A stretch of DNA of 64,000 bases, taken from contig CAXXMB010000002.1 of NCBI GenBank assembly GCA_963668675.2, forward strand, positions 128,001 through 192,000, read 5' to 3'. Position numbers and translations under genes: made by a program. This DNA comes from an uncultured Desulfatitalea sp. (GTDB taxonomy: Bacteria; Desulfobacterota; Desulfobacteria; Desulfobacterales; Desulfosarcinaceae). Below are positions 1-11,336 of the stretch, piece by piece (position 1 is the stretch's first letter; each line of letters opens with the position of its first letter). Under the pieces are notes generated by a model. It saw only the letters and a program-made list of their open reading frames with translations. It ran no database searches and was not told the origin of the DNA.

Positions 1-694
1 GGAGCACATTCATCTGGTAAATTTCCAATGGCGTGGTATTGACAAACAGCTGAGGCGACCCCGGCAGGCCTCGCCCCACATCCACCCCTGCCTCGCGAAA
101 GAGGGCGCTCAGGTCGGAAGAACAGCCCAACCACTCCGCCACATCCAACAGGTCGGCCGGATTGGCGGGCAGATCTCCGTCGGCGACCCGCCCCAGCACC
201 TCATATCCCATCACAGACATGTCTGAAAATTTCAGGATCGGCTGGAAATGGGGAATGACGTTGCGCTCACGAATCAGTGCATGCAGTTTGGGTTCCAGCA
301 AGGCCAGATTTTGAAATTGATCGGTGATATCCATGGCGCACGTCTCTTCGGCCATGGTGGCAGCAGCTTTAATTTTTTTAACGCAGAATTCGAACTTCCC
401 AATGGAGAGGATGTCACCCGATTCGAGCAGCTCCGCTTGCTTCACCTTCTTGTGGTTGACAAATGTGCCGTTGGTGCTACCGAGATCTCGAATCCAAATA
501 TGATCACCGCTTTTCCTTATCTCGGAGTGATGCCTGGAGATCCATTTGTCGATCAACTTAAGGTTGCAGTCCTCCTCACGGCCGATGATGAATGGCACAG
601 ACTCGATGGTCACCGTCCACTCTCCGCTCGCCTTGCTAACAGCTTCCAGACTCCATCTAATCTGCGGCTCTACCGCATTGCCGATCAATGTCAT
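1..694 (-). CDS. FHA domain + EAL (c-di-GMP phosphodiesterase) protein, runs off the window start
   Basis: Manual translation from ATG at 694 (GAGG upstream), no stop before base 1. FHA motifs IIGREEDC..ISRHHSEI..DLGSTNGTFVN, then EAL start PHFQPI..VMGYEVLGR..LFVNTTP. Not in the ORF track. Confidence 0.88.
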   Translation of the reverse strand, partial: MTLIGNAVEPQIRWSLEAVSKASGEWTVTIESVPFIIGREEDCNLKLIDKWISRHHSEIRKSGDHIWIRDLGSTNGTFVNHKKVKQAELLESGDILSIGKFEFCVKKIKAAATMAEETCAMDITDQFQNLALLEPKLHALIRERNVIPHFQPILKFSDMSVMGYEVLGRVADGDLPANPADLLDVAEWLGCSSDLSALFREAGVDVGRGLPGSPQLFVNTTPLEIYQMNVL

Positions 695-828
695 GCACAG
701 ATCCTCATACCACTCACATTATACTAACAGGAAATCGTCCGCAACCGGATGTGCTTTTACAGCGTAATCATAAATAATACCACATTTATGGCCATTCTGG
801 AATTCCAACTTTTTTGAAGCCTCCGATC

Positions 829-3783
829 TCATCCGTCCAGCACCTCACGAATTTTCAAGGCCAGATCTCGTTGGTTAAATGGTTTCTGGATAAAGTGAAT
901 CCCCGGGTCCAACACACCGCTTTGGGCGATCACATCGGCGGTGTAACCCGACATGTAGAGGCACCTGATACTCGGGTAGAGGGACTGAAGCTTGTCCGTC
1001 AGCGCTCGTCCGTCCATCCCAGGCATTATCACATCGGTAATTAAAAGGGAAATTTCCCCATCATGCGCCTTCGCCAGCCTGAGCGCTTCGGCGGGATGAT
1101 CGGCCAATACCACAGTATAGCCGAGCCGCTTGAGAATGATTTCAGCCAAATGCAAAATCGAGCTTTCATCCTCGACCACCAATACCGTCTCCCCTTTGGC
1201 CCTGGGAGCCTCTGCCACATCCTCTTTTTGGTCCTCAACGATCCGGCCCCGGTAGCGCGGCAGATAGATTCTCAAGGTGGTGCCTTTTCCCAATTCACTG
1301 TATACATAGATAAACCCATTGTTTTGTTTTACAATACCAAAGACGGTGGACAACCCCAAGCCCGTCCCTTTGCCCACCTCCTTGGTCGTAAAAAACGGCT
1401 CGAAAATCATGTCCTGGGTATCTTTGTCCATGCCGGCGCCATCATCGCTCACGGCCAGGATCACATAATCTCCCGGGACAACCTCTCGATGATGGGCGCG
1501 GTAAGCCTCATCAATACAATTTTTATCCGTTTCGATGGAGATGGTCCCCACATTTGAGATCGCATCACGGGCGTTAAGGCATAGGTTGGCCAATACCTGG
1601 TTGATCTGGGATGGATCCATTTTGACCGGCCATACGTCTTCTCCGGGCCGCCAGACCAGCTTGATGTTCTCGCCGATCAGCCTCTGGATCATATTCAGCA
1701 TGCTCTCCACCGTCGCATTGAGATCCAGCACCTCTGGCGTGATCACCTCCTTGCGGGCAAAAGCGAGCAATTGGCGTGTCACATCCCGGGAACGATAAGC
1801 CGCCTTTAGCACCTCCTGGAGATTGTGATAGATCCGATCTGTTTGATCGACGTCCGCCAGGGACAACTCCGTATAGCCAATAATCACGCCGAGAATGTTG
1901 TTGTAATCATGGGCCACACCACCGGCCAATCGTCCTACGGATTCGATTTTCTGGGCCTGGTGAAGCTGCTCCTGCAACTCCCGTTGATCCTTTTCAGCGC
2001 GTTTTCTCTCGGTGATGTCCCGGGTGGCCCCCTGAAGGCCGGCCGGCTCCCCGTTTTCGTCATAGATAATCTTACCCCAAATCTCGACAGGAATCGGATC
2101 GCCAACTTTGTTCAGCATGACCGCTTCAAATACAACGCCGCTGCCCTTCTGGCCTTTGGCCATCTCTTCGCCAATGATCTGGGCCATCTTGGCAAAATTC
2201 TCCTCGTCACAATGTTTAGGCAACCGGCTGCCAATCCACTCCTCAGGTGTATAGCCGATGATGGTTTCAACCGCCGGGCTGATATAGGTGAACTCAAGTT
2301 CCAAATTCATGGTCCAGATGGCATCCAGGCTGTTGTCGGAAAGCAGCCGATATTTCTGTTCACTCTCTTCCAGGGCACCCTGATTCTCCCGTTCCTTCGT
2401 CTGATCCTTGAACACCAGCACAACGCCGATGGTCTCACCGCTTTTCCCCTTGATGGGAGCGCAACTATCGGCGATGGGAATCTCTCGCCCATCTTTTGCA
2501 ATCAACAGGGTGTGGTTAGCCAGACCAACGACCACGCCCTCCTTGAGAACCCGCAGTACCGGATCTGCAACCCTGTCCCGCTCCCCCTCGCTGACAATCT
2601 TAAAAACATCGGTGACGGGTCTGCCCGATGCCTCCTCAAAACGCCATCCCGTAAGGCGCTCCGCCACCTGATTCATCAACTCCACGCGGCCTTCCGAATC
2701 CGTGGCAATCACCGCATCGCCAATGGATTTGAGGGTGATGGCCTGACGTTCCAACACGTTGCTCAAGGCGGTTTCGGCCTGGTAGAGCTCTCGGTACCGG
2801 GCCTTCAGTAACCGTTGACGAAGAAAAATACCTATCACCACCACAAGCCCTGTGGTTACCAGCATCAACAACAGCAGCAGCATCGAGCGGGTGTGCCACT
2901 CGGCAAAGGCCTCGGCCCGATCAATTTTTGCGACCATGAACCAGGGGGAATCGGCAATAGGTATGATGGCCGACACGACCTCCACGCCCCGGTAGTCCCT
3001 GCCCATGACAACCCCCTCTTCACCTGATACCGCCTTGGCTGCAGGAAGATCGGCCCGGCTCAGTGGGATCCGAAGCGTTAACGCCGTATTTTTCCTATGA
3101 CGCAACTCATTTAAGAAGAGCACCTCCTCGCCGCTCTTCCGGACCAGAAGCGTCTCTGCTGTCCTGCTGGGTGTGGGCCACGATTGAATGAGCGGAAAGA
3201 GGTACTCGGTCGCATCGCAGACCATGATCAAAACGCCGATGGGGGTGTTGCCGTCATCTTTGGAGAAGAGTGGGACAACAAGAGAAAGATGGGACACAGG
3301 GTAGTCGGGTTCGACCACAATCGGTGTCCATACGGGCATCCGTTCGGCGATGGCCGTATGCATATAGGGAATGTATCCCTTATGCGTATTCATCACCCCT
3401 GGATGCAAACTCAGCCTCGGCCTCGTTTCCAGGTCGACCAGGAGGATATCGGCATAATGGTATCGCTCTTTTAGGGTACGAAGGCGTCTCAGGATTTCGG
3501 AGGCCTCACGCTCGTCGGAAGATAAAAGAAAGCGCTCTACAGAAGCGGAAAGATGCAATCGCTCCATCAGCACCGCTGCATCTGCAACTCTTTCCGACCG
3601 CCAATCGGCGATCTGCCTGGCCTTAAGCGTGCCGATGGACCGCAGATGCGCTTCTACCTCTTTCCGTTGGCGATCATACTGCCCCTTGAAGAACCAAATG
3701 CCGGCCAATAGAAAGCCAACGATCATCCCTGCGAGTATGACAATTTGCCATCGGGGATATACGACGTTTGATTCATTACCCAT
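829..3783 (-). CDS. Hybrid sensor histidine kinase (periplasmic sensor, 2 PAS, HisKA, HATPase, receiver)
   Basis: Two TM segments, H-box LAGGVAHDYNN, FEPFFTTK..GTGLGL, C-terminal receiver (VVEDE, LITDVIMP, KPF). Start moved to MGNES at 3783 (GGAG upstream). Confidence 0.95.
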   Translation of the reverse strand: MGNESNVVYPRWQIVILAGMIVGFLLAGIWFFKGQYDRQRKEVEAHLRSIGTLKARQIADWRSERVADAAVLMERLHLSASVERFLLSSDEREASEILRRLRTLKERYHYADILLVDLETRPRLSLHPGVMNTHKGYIPYMHTAIAERMPVWTPIVVEPDYPVSHLSLVVPLFSKDDGNTPIGVLIMVCDATEYLFPLIQSWPTPSRTAETLLVRKSGEEVLFLNELRHRKNTALTLRIPLSRADLPAAKAVSGEEGVVMGRDYRGVEVVSAIIPIADSPWFMVAKIDRAEAFAEWHTRSMLLLLLMLVTTGLVVVIGIFLRQRLLKARYRELYQAETALSNVLERQAITLKSIGDAVIATDSEGRVELMNQVAERLTGWRFEEASGRPVTDVFKIVSEGERDRVADPVLRVLKEGVVVGLANHTLLIAKDGREIPIADSCAPIKGKSGETIGVVLVFKDQTKERENQGALEESEQKYRLLSDNSLDAIWTMNLELEFTYISPAVETIIGYTPEEWIGSRLPKHCDEENFAKMAQIIGEEMAKGQKGSGVVFEAVMLNKVGDPIPVEIWGKIIYDENGEPAGLQGATRDITERKRAEKDQRELQEQLHQAQKIESVGRLAGGVAHDYNNILGVIIGYTELSLADVDQTDRIYHNLQEVLKAAYRSRDVTRQLLAFARKEVITPEVLDLNATVESMLNMIQRLIGENIKLVWRPGEDVWPVKMDPSQINQVLANLCLNARDAISNVGTISIETDKNCIDEAYRAHHREVVPGDYVILAVSDDGAGMDKDTQDMIFEPFFTTKEVGKGTGLGLSTVFGIVKQNNGFIYVYSELGKGTTLRIYLPRYRGRIVEDQKEDVAEAPRAKGETVLVVEDESSILHLAEIILKRLGYTVVLADHPAEALRLAKAHDGEISLLITDVIMPGMDGRALTDKLQSLYPSIRCLYMSGYTADVIAQSGVLDPGIHFIQKPFNQRDLALKIREVLDG

Positions 3784-4088
3784 CGCCTGCTCCACCGCCA
3801 GAGAGATAAAAACAGATGCCCCTGGGGACAGATCGTAGCCCAAGAGTGTCTGCAAATACAAGGCCTTTGACTTATTGATGTTTGGAATACTTCCCAGATA
3901 ACCGAAACGTATCAGAGGAAACTGTGGCAACCCAATTGGAGGGGAGTGCACCTACCGACCTGATGCTGAAATATCCTTTCACTCTTCTTGAGTTACTCGC
4001 TTCGAGGAGGGAGGCAATGGGGAACGATCTGTTTTGCTATCGCAACAGAGCGTCCAAAAGATTCCAATCAACGATACCTATCCCACTC

Positions 4089-6101
4089 TTATTGCTCATA
4101 TTTGAATTTATCAACCAACATATTCAGTTCATTTGCCAAACCGTTCAAAGACTCAGCGCTTTGTTTCATCTGGTCGCTGTTGCCGCTGAGTTGATTGGAG
4201 AATTCATTGACCCCGGCAATCTCCCTGGCAATTTCACCGGAGACGATGCTGCTTTGGGCAACATTCTCGTTGACGTCCTGCATCCCTTGGGAGGCCTGGC
4301 CCACATTGCCGGCGATCTCCTTTGTCGTTGATGACTGTTCGTCCACTGCAGCGGCAATTCCGGATACAATTCCGTTGATGTTGTGGATCACTTCCGAAAT
4401 TTTATCGATCTGGTCAATCGTTTCGGATGTCGATCCTTGAATCCCTTCGATCTGGTTGCGGATCTCCTGGGTAGCGCCGGCGGTTTGCTTGGCAAGCTCC
4501 TTAATTTCATTAGCCACCACAGCAAAACCTTTTCCGACATCACCGGCCCGGGCGGCTTCGATGGTAGCGTTCAGCGCCAATAGATTGGTCTGGTCGGATA
4601 TGTCGGCTATGGTTTGGGTCACATTACCGATTGAATTTGCGGCTTCCCGCAGTTTTTCCATTCGTTTTGTCGTCTCAGAGGCCTGAGCGACGGCCTCTTT
4701 TGAAATCGTGCGTGCGTTTTCAGACTTCTTTGCGATCTCATTGATCGTCGTTGTCATCTCTTTCGCAGCAGAAGCCACCATGTTGACCTTCGAAGCGGAT
4801 TCACTACTGGAACCGGCGACCACATTCATATTGGCACTCATCTCCTCCGACGCGGAGGCGACGCTCGATGAAAGCCCGGACATGTGCGTTGCACCCTCCG
4901 AGAGCTTGCCGGAAAGGCCGGAAAGCGTATCCGAAGATTCCCCTAGCGCACCCGCAGTCGCGGCAATGTCTTTTACGACCCCCTGCAGCTTATCTAAAAA
5001 GATGTTGAACCATTTGGACAGCTGGCTCACTTCGTCACTACCGTTTACATCGAGTCTGATGGTCAGATCCCCTTCACCTTCGGCAATATCCTTCACGACA
5101 AGAAGTGTCTGGTTCAATGGTTTTATCACGCGCTGAATGATAAGGATGAGGATCGAAATCACCATCACAATACAGGCTGCACCACCGGCAATGACGATTT
5201 GCTTGATCGATGCCCCCATGGTGGTGCTGGATTTTTTCAGTTCCCCGACGGCAGTTTCAGCCGTCGCTCCGTTTTTCCCGATGATGCCGCTCACAGCAAC
5301 GCCAGCGCTTTCGTTCACCTTTTCCGCTTCTGTCTGAATCACCGCCAACGATAATGCCTGGTTGTTCTTCACCAATTGGGAAAACCGCCCCGCCATATCG
5401 TTGATCTTGTTTGCGGCCAGGGTTTTGTCGATGCAAATTTCGACGGATCCCAGCACATCGCCCTCAAACTGGATCGATTTATGAACGATCATGACACTGG
5501 TATCGTTTTTGGCGCCATTCAGGATCTTGGCATAGCGATTCTTTCCCTCTGCTTTCATATATGTCTTTATCTTATCGTTCGTCCGGTCAATATAGCGGGT
5601 CAGCAAATTGCCGTCTTTGCGAAAATAGAAAGCATAGATGACATTCGGGTTTTGCAGGGCCGCTTTGACAAAGCTGTTCAGCGACTGAAAATCCTTGCCG
5701 AGGATTGCATTTGGAGCGACGCGGGCCATTAAAAAAGCGATCGATTCCCCGCTTTCCTGCATCATAGACTCCCAGTTGCGTTCGATGCTGGATCGCTCCT
5801 CATCCAAAGCCTTTGTTGTCGCCCGACTGAGCGCCGCCCCGGATCTCTCGGCCATACTCTTCAAACGGGACCCGATATCTTCCTTGAGGCCTTCTAAATC
5901 TGTCCTGATCTCTGAGTTGGCCGAGAGAAGTGTTTTTTCGATTTCCTGGCGCATTCCCCCGTTCAGACGCTGCTGAACAGTCAACAGGGCCACCGACAGC
6001 CCTATGATCGCCACAACCAGCGTGGCCACAGTAGGAATCAACAGCTTGCCTCTGATGCCAAGATTCATTGTTTCCAGCTTCTGCTTCAATGGTCCAATCA
6101 T
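4089..6101 (-). CDS. Methyl-accepting chemotaxis protein
   Basis: Two TMs, HAMP ([12 protein letters not shown]), signalling hairpin [17 protein letters not shown]. Confidence 0.96.
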   Translation of the reverse strand: MIGPLKQKLETMNLGIRGKLLIPTVATLVVAIIGLSVALLTVQQRLNGGMRQEIEKTLLSANSEIRTDLEGLKEDIGSRLKSMAERSGAALSRATTKALDEERSSIERNWESMMQESGESIAFLMARVAPNAILGKDFQSLNSFVKAALQNPNVIYAFYFRKDGNLLTRYIDRTNDKIKTYMKAEGKNRYAKILNGAKNDTSVMIVHKSIQFEGDVLGSVEICIDKTLAANKINDMAGRFSQLVKNNQALSLAVIQTEAEKVNESAGVAVSGIIGKNGATAETAVGELKKSSTTMGASIKQIVIAGGAACIVMVISILILIIQRVIKPLNQTLLVVKDIAEGEGDLTIRLDVNGSDEVSQLSKWFNIFLDKLQGVVKDIAATAGALGESSDTLSGLSGKLSEGATHMSGLSSSVASASEEMSANMNVVAGSSSESASKVNMVASAAKEMTTTINEIAKKSENARTISKEAVAQASETTKRMEKLREAANSIGNVTQTIADISDQTNLLALNATIEAARAGDVGKGFAVVANEIKELAKQTAGATQEIRNQIEGIQGSTSETIDQIDKISEVIHNINGIVSGIAAAVDEQSSTTKEIAGNVGQASQGMQDVNENVAQSSIVSGEIAREIAGVNEFSNQLSGNSDQMKQSAESLNGLANELNMLVDKFKYEQ

Positions 6102-6152
6102 TGCTTTTCACTTTCAATTGCTTTTCCGGACAGAAAAGCCGCCAACATCACC

Positions 6153-7058
6153 CTATTGGGCATATGCACCGATTTTCAATTTTTCCTGGAGATTCTCAAC
6201 CGCCGTGTAATCGAGGGGTGCCGACCAGCCGACCACCTTTGCGTCCTTTGCGGCCCGGTCCTCCTGCTTGAGTTTCAAAAGTGCCGCCACCACCTTATCT
6301 GAAAGATCAACGGGCGTTGAGGCGATCCTCGCCAAAGGCCACTCCGGGTAAAGCGCCGTACTGCACGCAAATGGGAAGCCGGAATGCGCCTGCTTGTTGA
6401 TCACCTTAAAATCATCCATGAAAATGGAGCCATTGGCTGCCATCCGTTCAAGGGTGTCGGTCCTCACCGTACCGGCATCTACAGCACCATTCAATACGGC
6501 CAATACAACATTTTCATGTTTGCCGCCGAATTCCAGATTACTGAAGTCGGCATATGGATCGATGCCGGCATCCAGAATCTCTTTGTAGGCCATCTGCCAG
6601 CCACCGAAGGAGGATTTGGATACCGCCATGAACGTCTTGCCCTTCAACCCTTCCAGTGTATTGATCTCTTCGTTGTCCGCTGTCGAGATGATGACACCAC
6701 CGAAGGCCTTCAGCGGCTTTCCCTGCCGCGAGTTGATCATGGTCGCCACCGCAACTGCGCCATAGCGCACGTTGGCCTCGACGAACATGGACGAGTTGAC
6801 CAGAAAAAAGCTGACGGCACCCTTTTCGATGGCAGGGTTGACGTCCTTGAAGTCCAACGGCACGATTTCAAACTTCAGCCCCGGTATAGCGGCCGTCAGA
6901 AATTCTCCGGTGGCCTTCCATTGGGAAAGCGCCTTTGCAGGGCCGTTTTTGGCAAGAACCCCTATCTTGACCGTGTCCTGTGCAATTAAAGCGTTTGGGA
7001 TGCATAGAGCAGCCAGCAACAACACCATCATCAAAAAACCAAATACGTGACCCTTCAT
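6153..7058 (-). CDS. Phosphate/phosphite/phosphonate-family periplasmic substrate-binding protein
   Basis: Signal peptide, KIGVLA, SFGGWQ, H.NVV.AVLNGAVDAGTVRTD, ST.LYPEWP motifs of PhnD-like sensor-associated binding proteins. Confidence 0.85.
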   Translation of the reverse strand: MKGHVFGFLMMVLLLAALCIPNALIAQDTVKIGVLAKNGPAKALSQWKATGEFLTAAIPGLKFEIVPLDFKDVNPAIEKGAVSFFLVNSSMFVEANVRYGAVAVATMINSRQGKPLKAFGGVIISTADNEEINTLEGLKGKTFMAVSKSSFGGWQMAYKEILDAGIDPYADFSNLEFGGKHENVVLAVLNGAVDAGTVRTDTLERMAANGSIFMDDFKVINKQAHSGFPFACSTALYPEWPLARIASTPVDLSDKVVAALLKLKQEDRAAKDAKVVGWSAPLDYTAVENLQEKLKIGAYAQ

Positions 7059-7195
7059 GGATAAACCTCCATCGGTAATTGAGAAAAAACGGTTGCCTCT
7101 CTTAGATCAATCATTAACAAGCGCCTAACCAGTCAAATCCCCAAGGATCATCCTGGCACTGAGGCGTTGTAAGCACTATAATTGCCTCAGTTCGT

Positions 7196-7223
7196 TTATC
7201 GGCATACGGGACGTAGACTTAAA
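7196..7223 (-). promoter_or_regulatory. Sigma-28 (FliA) type promoter for the binding protein-MCP operon
   Basis: Minus strand reads TTTAAG-TCTACGTCCCGTAT-GCCGATAA: exact GCCGATAA -10 with a TAAA-like -35 at canonical spacing, upstream of a chemoreceptor. Confidence 0.75.
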
Positions 7224-7332
7224 TTATTTATAAACAGTCGTGATCCGCAAACAAACGGTCATCGCCGATTCGGGTCATCATCAGATCTATCAGCACCGGA
7301 ATGATTTTCAGATAATCCAAAAAAAGGAGAGG

Positions 7333-8133
7333 ATGGACACAATGGATTTAGGCATTGATGGAAAAGTGGCCTTGGTAGGAGCCTCTGCAGGGGGTCTTGG
7401 ATTGGCCGCCGCAAAGCGGTTGGCAATGGAAGGATGCCGCGTGGCCATCTGCGATAAAGACACTGCCCGGCTCAACCAAGCATTGGAGCAGGTGCTGTCT
7501 GCGGGACGAAACGGCCTGGCGAAAGCCTATCCGACCGATCTCACTAGCGTGGATTCGATTGAAGCGCTTGTGAAAAAAGTGAATGCCGATTTAGGCCCGG
7601 TAGATATCCTGGTTACCAATTCAGGCGGTCCGCCGCCGGGGACCTTCACAGACGCTACGGATGAAAAATGGCATTTGGGCTACGAATTGACGTTTCTCAG
7701 CGCCGTACGCTTGATCCGTCTGGTATTACCGGGCATGAAAGCCGCCAGATGGGGCCGAATCATCAATTTTGCCAGCCGGGCCATGAGAGAACCCATAGAC
7801 AACCTCATGATTTCCAACGGGATGCGGCTTGCTGTTGCCGGGATGGCCAAAACCCTGGCCGCAGAGGTAGCCGCCTTCGGCATCACGGTCAACAACATAG
7901 GTCCCGGCCCCACACTCACCGATCGTGCTGTTGAATTAGCGGCAGTCAGAGCCCAAAAGAAAGGCATCAGCGTCGAAGCCGAACTGGCAAATACAGCCGC
8001 AAGAATTCCCCGTGGCCGGCTGGCAGCCCCGGAGGAGCAAGCGGCAGCAGTAGCGTTTCTGGCCTCGGACCTCGCCGGGCACATCAATGGTGTTTCGCTG
8101 CTCATCGATGGAGGCGAAACAAGGTCACTTTAA
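7333..8133 (+). CDS. Short-chain dehydrogenase/reductase (SDR)
   Basis: GASAGGLG Rossmann motif, DILVTNSGGPPPG, GITVNNIGPG, IDGG; AAGGAG upstream of ATG 7333 (7342 also possible). Confidence 0.93.
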   Translation: MDTMDLGIDGKVALVGASAGGLGLAAAKRLAMEGCRVAICDKDTARLNQALEQVLSAGRNGLAKAYPTDLTSVDSIEALVKKVNADLGPVDILVTNSGGPPPGTFTDATDEKWHLGYELTFLSAVRLIRLVLPGMKAARWGRIINFASRAMREPIDNLMISNGMRLAVAGMAKTLAAEVAAFGITVNNIGPGPTLTDRAVELAAVRAQKKGISVEAELANTAARIPRGRLAAPEEQAAAVAFLASDLAGHINGVSLLIDGGETRSL

Positions 8134-8159
8134 ATTCCTTACTGGAGAGGATCGAAACG

Positions 8160-8225
8160 ATGCGTCTCGAGGGAATATATCCGATTGTCCCAACACCGTT
8201 TCTGGATAGTGGCGATATCGACCTT
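8160..8225 (+). pseudogene. 5' stub of a dihydrodipicolinate synthase (DapA/NanA aldolase) family gene
   Basis: GGAGAGG RBS then MRLEGIYPIVPTPFLDSGDID, a typical family N-terminus; resemblance ends after about 21 codons where the convergent RND gene ends. Confidence 0.75.
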
Positions 8226-8237
8226 TTTCTCTTCTTG

Positions 8238-11200
8238 TCAGGCGGATCGCTTTGGCGTCGCTTTTCGCTCGGGATGAAACAACGTGTAAACCGTGGGTAT
8301 AAGGACCAATGTAATCAACGTCGACGCAGTCAGGCCCCCGACAACGGCTCGCGCCAGCGGAGCCTGGGCATCGGCGCCCTCTCCAATGCCCAGCGCAAGC
8401 GGCATCAAACCGAGGATGGTGGTCAACGTCGTAATCAGGATCGGGCGCAACCTGCGCCGGCCTGCTTCGACCAGGGCCTCACGCGTGGGCATGCCGTCCT
8501 TGAGCAGCCGACCGGTTTGGTCGACCAGGAGAATCGCGTTGTTCACCACGATGCCGCCCAGCATGATGCAACCGATGTATGACTGTACATTCAGGGTTGT
8601 CCGGGTGACAAACAGAGTTACCAATACACCGATCGCAGCCAGGGGCACGGAAAACATGACAACGAGTGGATCACGCAGCGATTCATATTGGCAAGCCAAC
8701 ACCATATAGACAAGAACCAGCGCCAAAAGGAGCGAAACGACCAGTTCCCTGGAGGCTTTCCGCTGCTCTTCGAAGGTTCCGGCCACGGTAAGATCGTACC
8801 CAACGGAGCGTGGGATCAGATCCAAGAGCTTTTGAACATCACGTGCCACCGATCCCTCATCGCGCCCTGCCACATTGGCGCTGACGGTGACAATGCGCTG
8901 CTGGTCCTTGCGCTCAATGAGCACCGGTCCGCGGGACTCTTCCGTACTGACAAGATTGCGCAGGGCCACTTTCTCCCCCGACGCGGTTGTCAACGTGAGA
9001 TCGAGAATTTCATTCAAAGATCTCTTTTCAGCATCCTTCAGTTGAACCAGAATTCGATAGGAGTTGCCCTCCGTACGATACTCCCCGGCCTTGGAGCCGG
9101 CCACAGCGGTCTGCAGCAACTGGGTGACATTGCGGACACTCAATCCAAGATCGGAGATCTTGTCCCGGTTGACTCGTATTTCCTGCTGCGGAATGCCGGC
9201 TTCGAGACTGGTCTCCACATCGGTTATCCCAGGGACGGTAACAATCGATGCCGCCGCTTGAGCCGCCAAAGCATCTAACGTGGCCAAATCGTGGCCGCGG
9301 ATTTCTACGGTCAGCCCCTCTTCGCCACCCAAAATTCTCTCTAAAATAAACTGGCCCTGGGGTGCCCGAACGCGGATCTCCATTCCAGGGACGCGGCCTT
9401 CCAGCTGGCGCCTCAGTTCCTGGGCGATCTCCACATTGGAGCGTTTGCGCTGGGCTACCGGTACCAGGGAAAGGTTAATCGCACCTTCAGAACCGGCATC
9501 GGGCCGCCAGCCGTAAGCACCGACGCTGACCACCGATGCTACGCTCTCCGGTACGGCTGGTTCGATAATCTTCTCCATGATGTGGGTCTGTTGATCGACC
9601 AGGTCGAGCCGTGTGCCAATCACCATCTTGCCATTCACTCGGACTTCACCCTCATCGCTCGGAGGCAGAAATTCACTTCCGATCAACGGAAGCAGCAGAA
9701 GGCTCAATGCCAGTACGCCAGCGGAAGCGAGCACGGTGGCCAAACGATGGTCCAGGGCCAGACGCAGAATCTTCAGGTAGGTATTTTGAAGTGCCAGAGC
9801 CATCCGGTCGGCAGTGGCAACCCACCGATGGCCACTCACATCCGACTCAGTAGCGCACGCTCCGTTGACCGTAAGCAGCCGTGATGCAAGCATAGGAACC
9901 AAACTCAAAGCGAGGGCCAGTGAGCAAAGCAGTGCAAAGATAATGACATAGGCCAGCTCTTTGAAAAGAATCCCCGTGACCCCGCGGACAAAAACCAGTG
10001 GCAAAAAAATCACCAGGGTTGTAATGGTACTGGCGATAATGGCCGGCCCCACTTCCCGGGCACCCGCTACGGCTGCACCCTCCGGCGTTTCCCCCTGTTC
10101 ACTGCAGCGCCTGAAAATATTTTCAAGTACGACGATGGAGCTGTCGACCATCATGCCTACCCCGAGGGCAAGCCCCCCCAAGGTCATCAGGTTCAGCGTG
10201 AATCCTCCAAAAAAAATCAGCGCAAAGGTGGTCACAACCGAAATGGGAATCGAAAGGGAGATGACAAGAGTGCTGCGGATGTTGCGCAGGAAGAAAAGGA
10301 GAACGGCAATAGCCAATCCACCGCCGTATAGGACCGATCGGGCGACGTTGGCAATGGATCGTTCGATAAAGTTCCCCTGGTTGGTGACCGGCACGATGTG
10401 GATTTGCGGATAGGCCTGATTGGCCGCTTCAATTTCGCCCAGGACGCGCTTTGAGACCTCGACCGTGTTGGCATTGGCCTGTTTGCGAATGGCCACCCGC
10501 AGGCCGCGGCCGCCATTGACGCGCACGATGCGGGTCAGCTTCTCGTAGGTATCCTTTACTTCGGCAATCTGGCCAAGGGTAATGACGGCTCCGTCGCGCC
10601 TGACGATGACGGCGCTGCGAATTTGATCGAGGCTGGCAAACTCGGCCGGTGCCCGCAGCATGACCTCATAACGTCCCTGTTCAATTTTTCCAGCCGGCAG
10701 ATCCAGATTGGCGTCTTCTATGGCCTGGATCACCTGGTCCATCGCCAGGCCAACGGCCTTGATCCGATCGGGGTCCAGCTCGATGCGGACCTCACGGTTG
10801 AAGCCGCCCCAGACATCAACCTGGGCCACACCAGGGATGCGGGCAAAGCGGTATCTGATCTGATTTTCGATCAGTTCCGTGAGCTCTACCGGATCGAGGG
10901 GGCTGGAAATACCCAAAAGCACAACCGGAAAACTGGCGATATCGAATTTGCGAATACGGGGTCGTACGACATCATCCGGTAATTCGTTGATTTCGTCCTC
11001 GAGCTTTCCCTGTACGTCAATCGCTGCCGTATCGATGTCGGTGCCCCAGGAAAAGCTGACGCTCACCGTGCTACGCCCCTCTGATGATGAGGAAGAGATC
11101 TCCTCCACACCGGGCACCGTGGCGACAATCTCTTCAACGATCTGTGTCACCAGGCGTTCGATCACCTCCGGGCTGGCGCCTTCGTACTCCGTACGGATGC

Positions 11201-11336
11201 TCAACGTCGGCAGCTCGATATTAGGCAGCATGTCAATCTGCAGGCGACTCAGCGAAACAGCCCCGAGGATGACCAGAATCAACGTCACCATGCTGGTAAA
11301 AATCGGGCGTTTGACACTGAAATTGGGCAGATTCAT
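8238..11336 (-). CDS. RND efflux permease (AcrB/AcrD/AcrF family)
   Basis: 1032 aa, VKRPIF start, [38 protein letters not shown]. Confidence 0.97.
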   Translation of the reverse strand: MNLPNFSVKRPIFTSMVTLILVILGAVSLSRLQIDMLPNIELPTLSIRTEYEGASPEVIERLVTQIVEEIVATVPGVEEISSSSSEGRSTVSVSFSWGTDIDTAAIDVQGKLEDEINELPDDVVRPRIRKFDIASFPVVLLGISSPLDPVELTELIENQIRYRFARIPGVAQVDVWGGFNREVRIELDPDRIKAVGLAMDQVIQAIEDANLDLPAGKIEQGRYEVMLRAPAEFASLDQIRSAVIVRRDGAVITLGQIAEVKDTYEKLTRIVRVNGGRGLRVAIRKQANANTVEVSKRVLGEIEAANQAYPQIHIVPVTNQGNFIERSIANVARSVLYGGGLAIAVLLFFLRNIRSTLVISLSIPISVVTTFALIFFGGFTLNLMTLGGLALGVGMMVDSSIVVLENIFRRCSEQGETPEGAAVAGAREVGPAIIASTITTLVIFLPLVFVRGVTGILFKELAYVIIFALLCSLALALSLVPMLASRLLTVNGACATESDVSGHRWVATADRMALALQNTYLKILRLALDHRLATVLASAGVLALSLLLLPLIGSEFLPPSDEGEVRVNGKMVIGTRLDLVDQQTHIMEKIIEPAVPESVASVVSVGAYGWRPDAGSEGAINLSLVPVAQRKRSNVEIAQELRRQLEGRVPGMEIRVRAPQGQFILERILGGEEGLTVEIRGHDLATLDALAAQAAASIVTVPGITDVETSLEAGIPQQEIRVNRDKISDLGLSVRNVTQLLQTAVAGSKAGEYRTEGNSYRILVQLKDAEKRSLNEILDLTLTTASGEKVALRNLVSTEESRGPVLIERKDQQRIVTVSANVAGRDEGSVARDVQKLLDLIPRSVGYDLTVAGTFEEQRKASRELVVSLLLALVLVYMVLACQYESLRDPLVVMFSVPLAAIGVLVTLFVTRTTLNVQSYIGCIMLGGIVVNNAILLVDQTGRLLKDGMPTREALVEAGRRRLRPILITTLTTILGLMPLALGIGEGADAQAPLARAVVGGLTASTLITLVLIPTVYTLFHPERKATPKRSA

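Noticed and set aside
248..727. 159-aa plus-strand ORF
   Set aside because: Antisense shadow of the FHA-EAL gene, which has real domain motifs.
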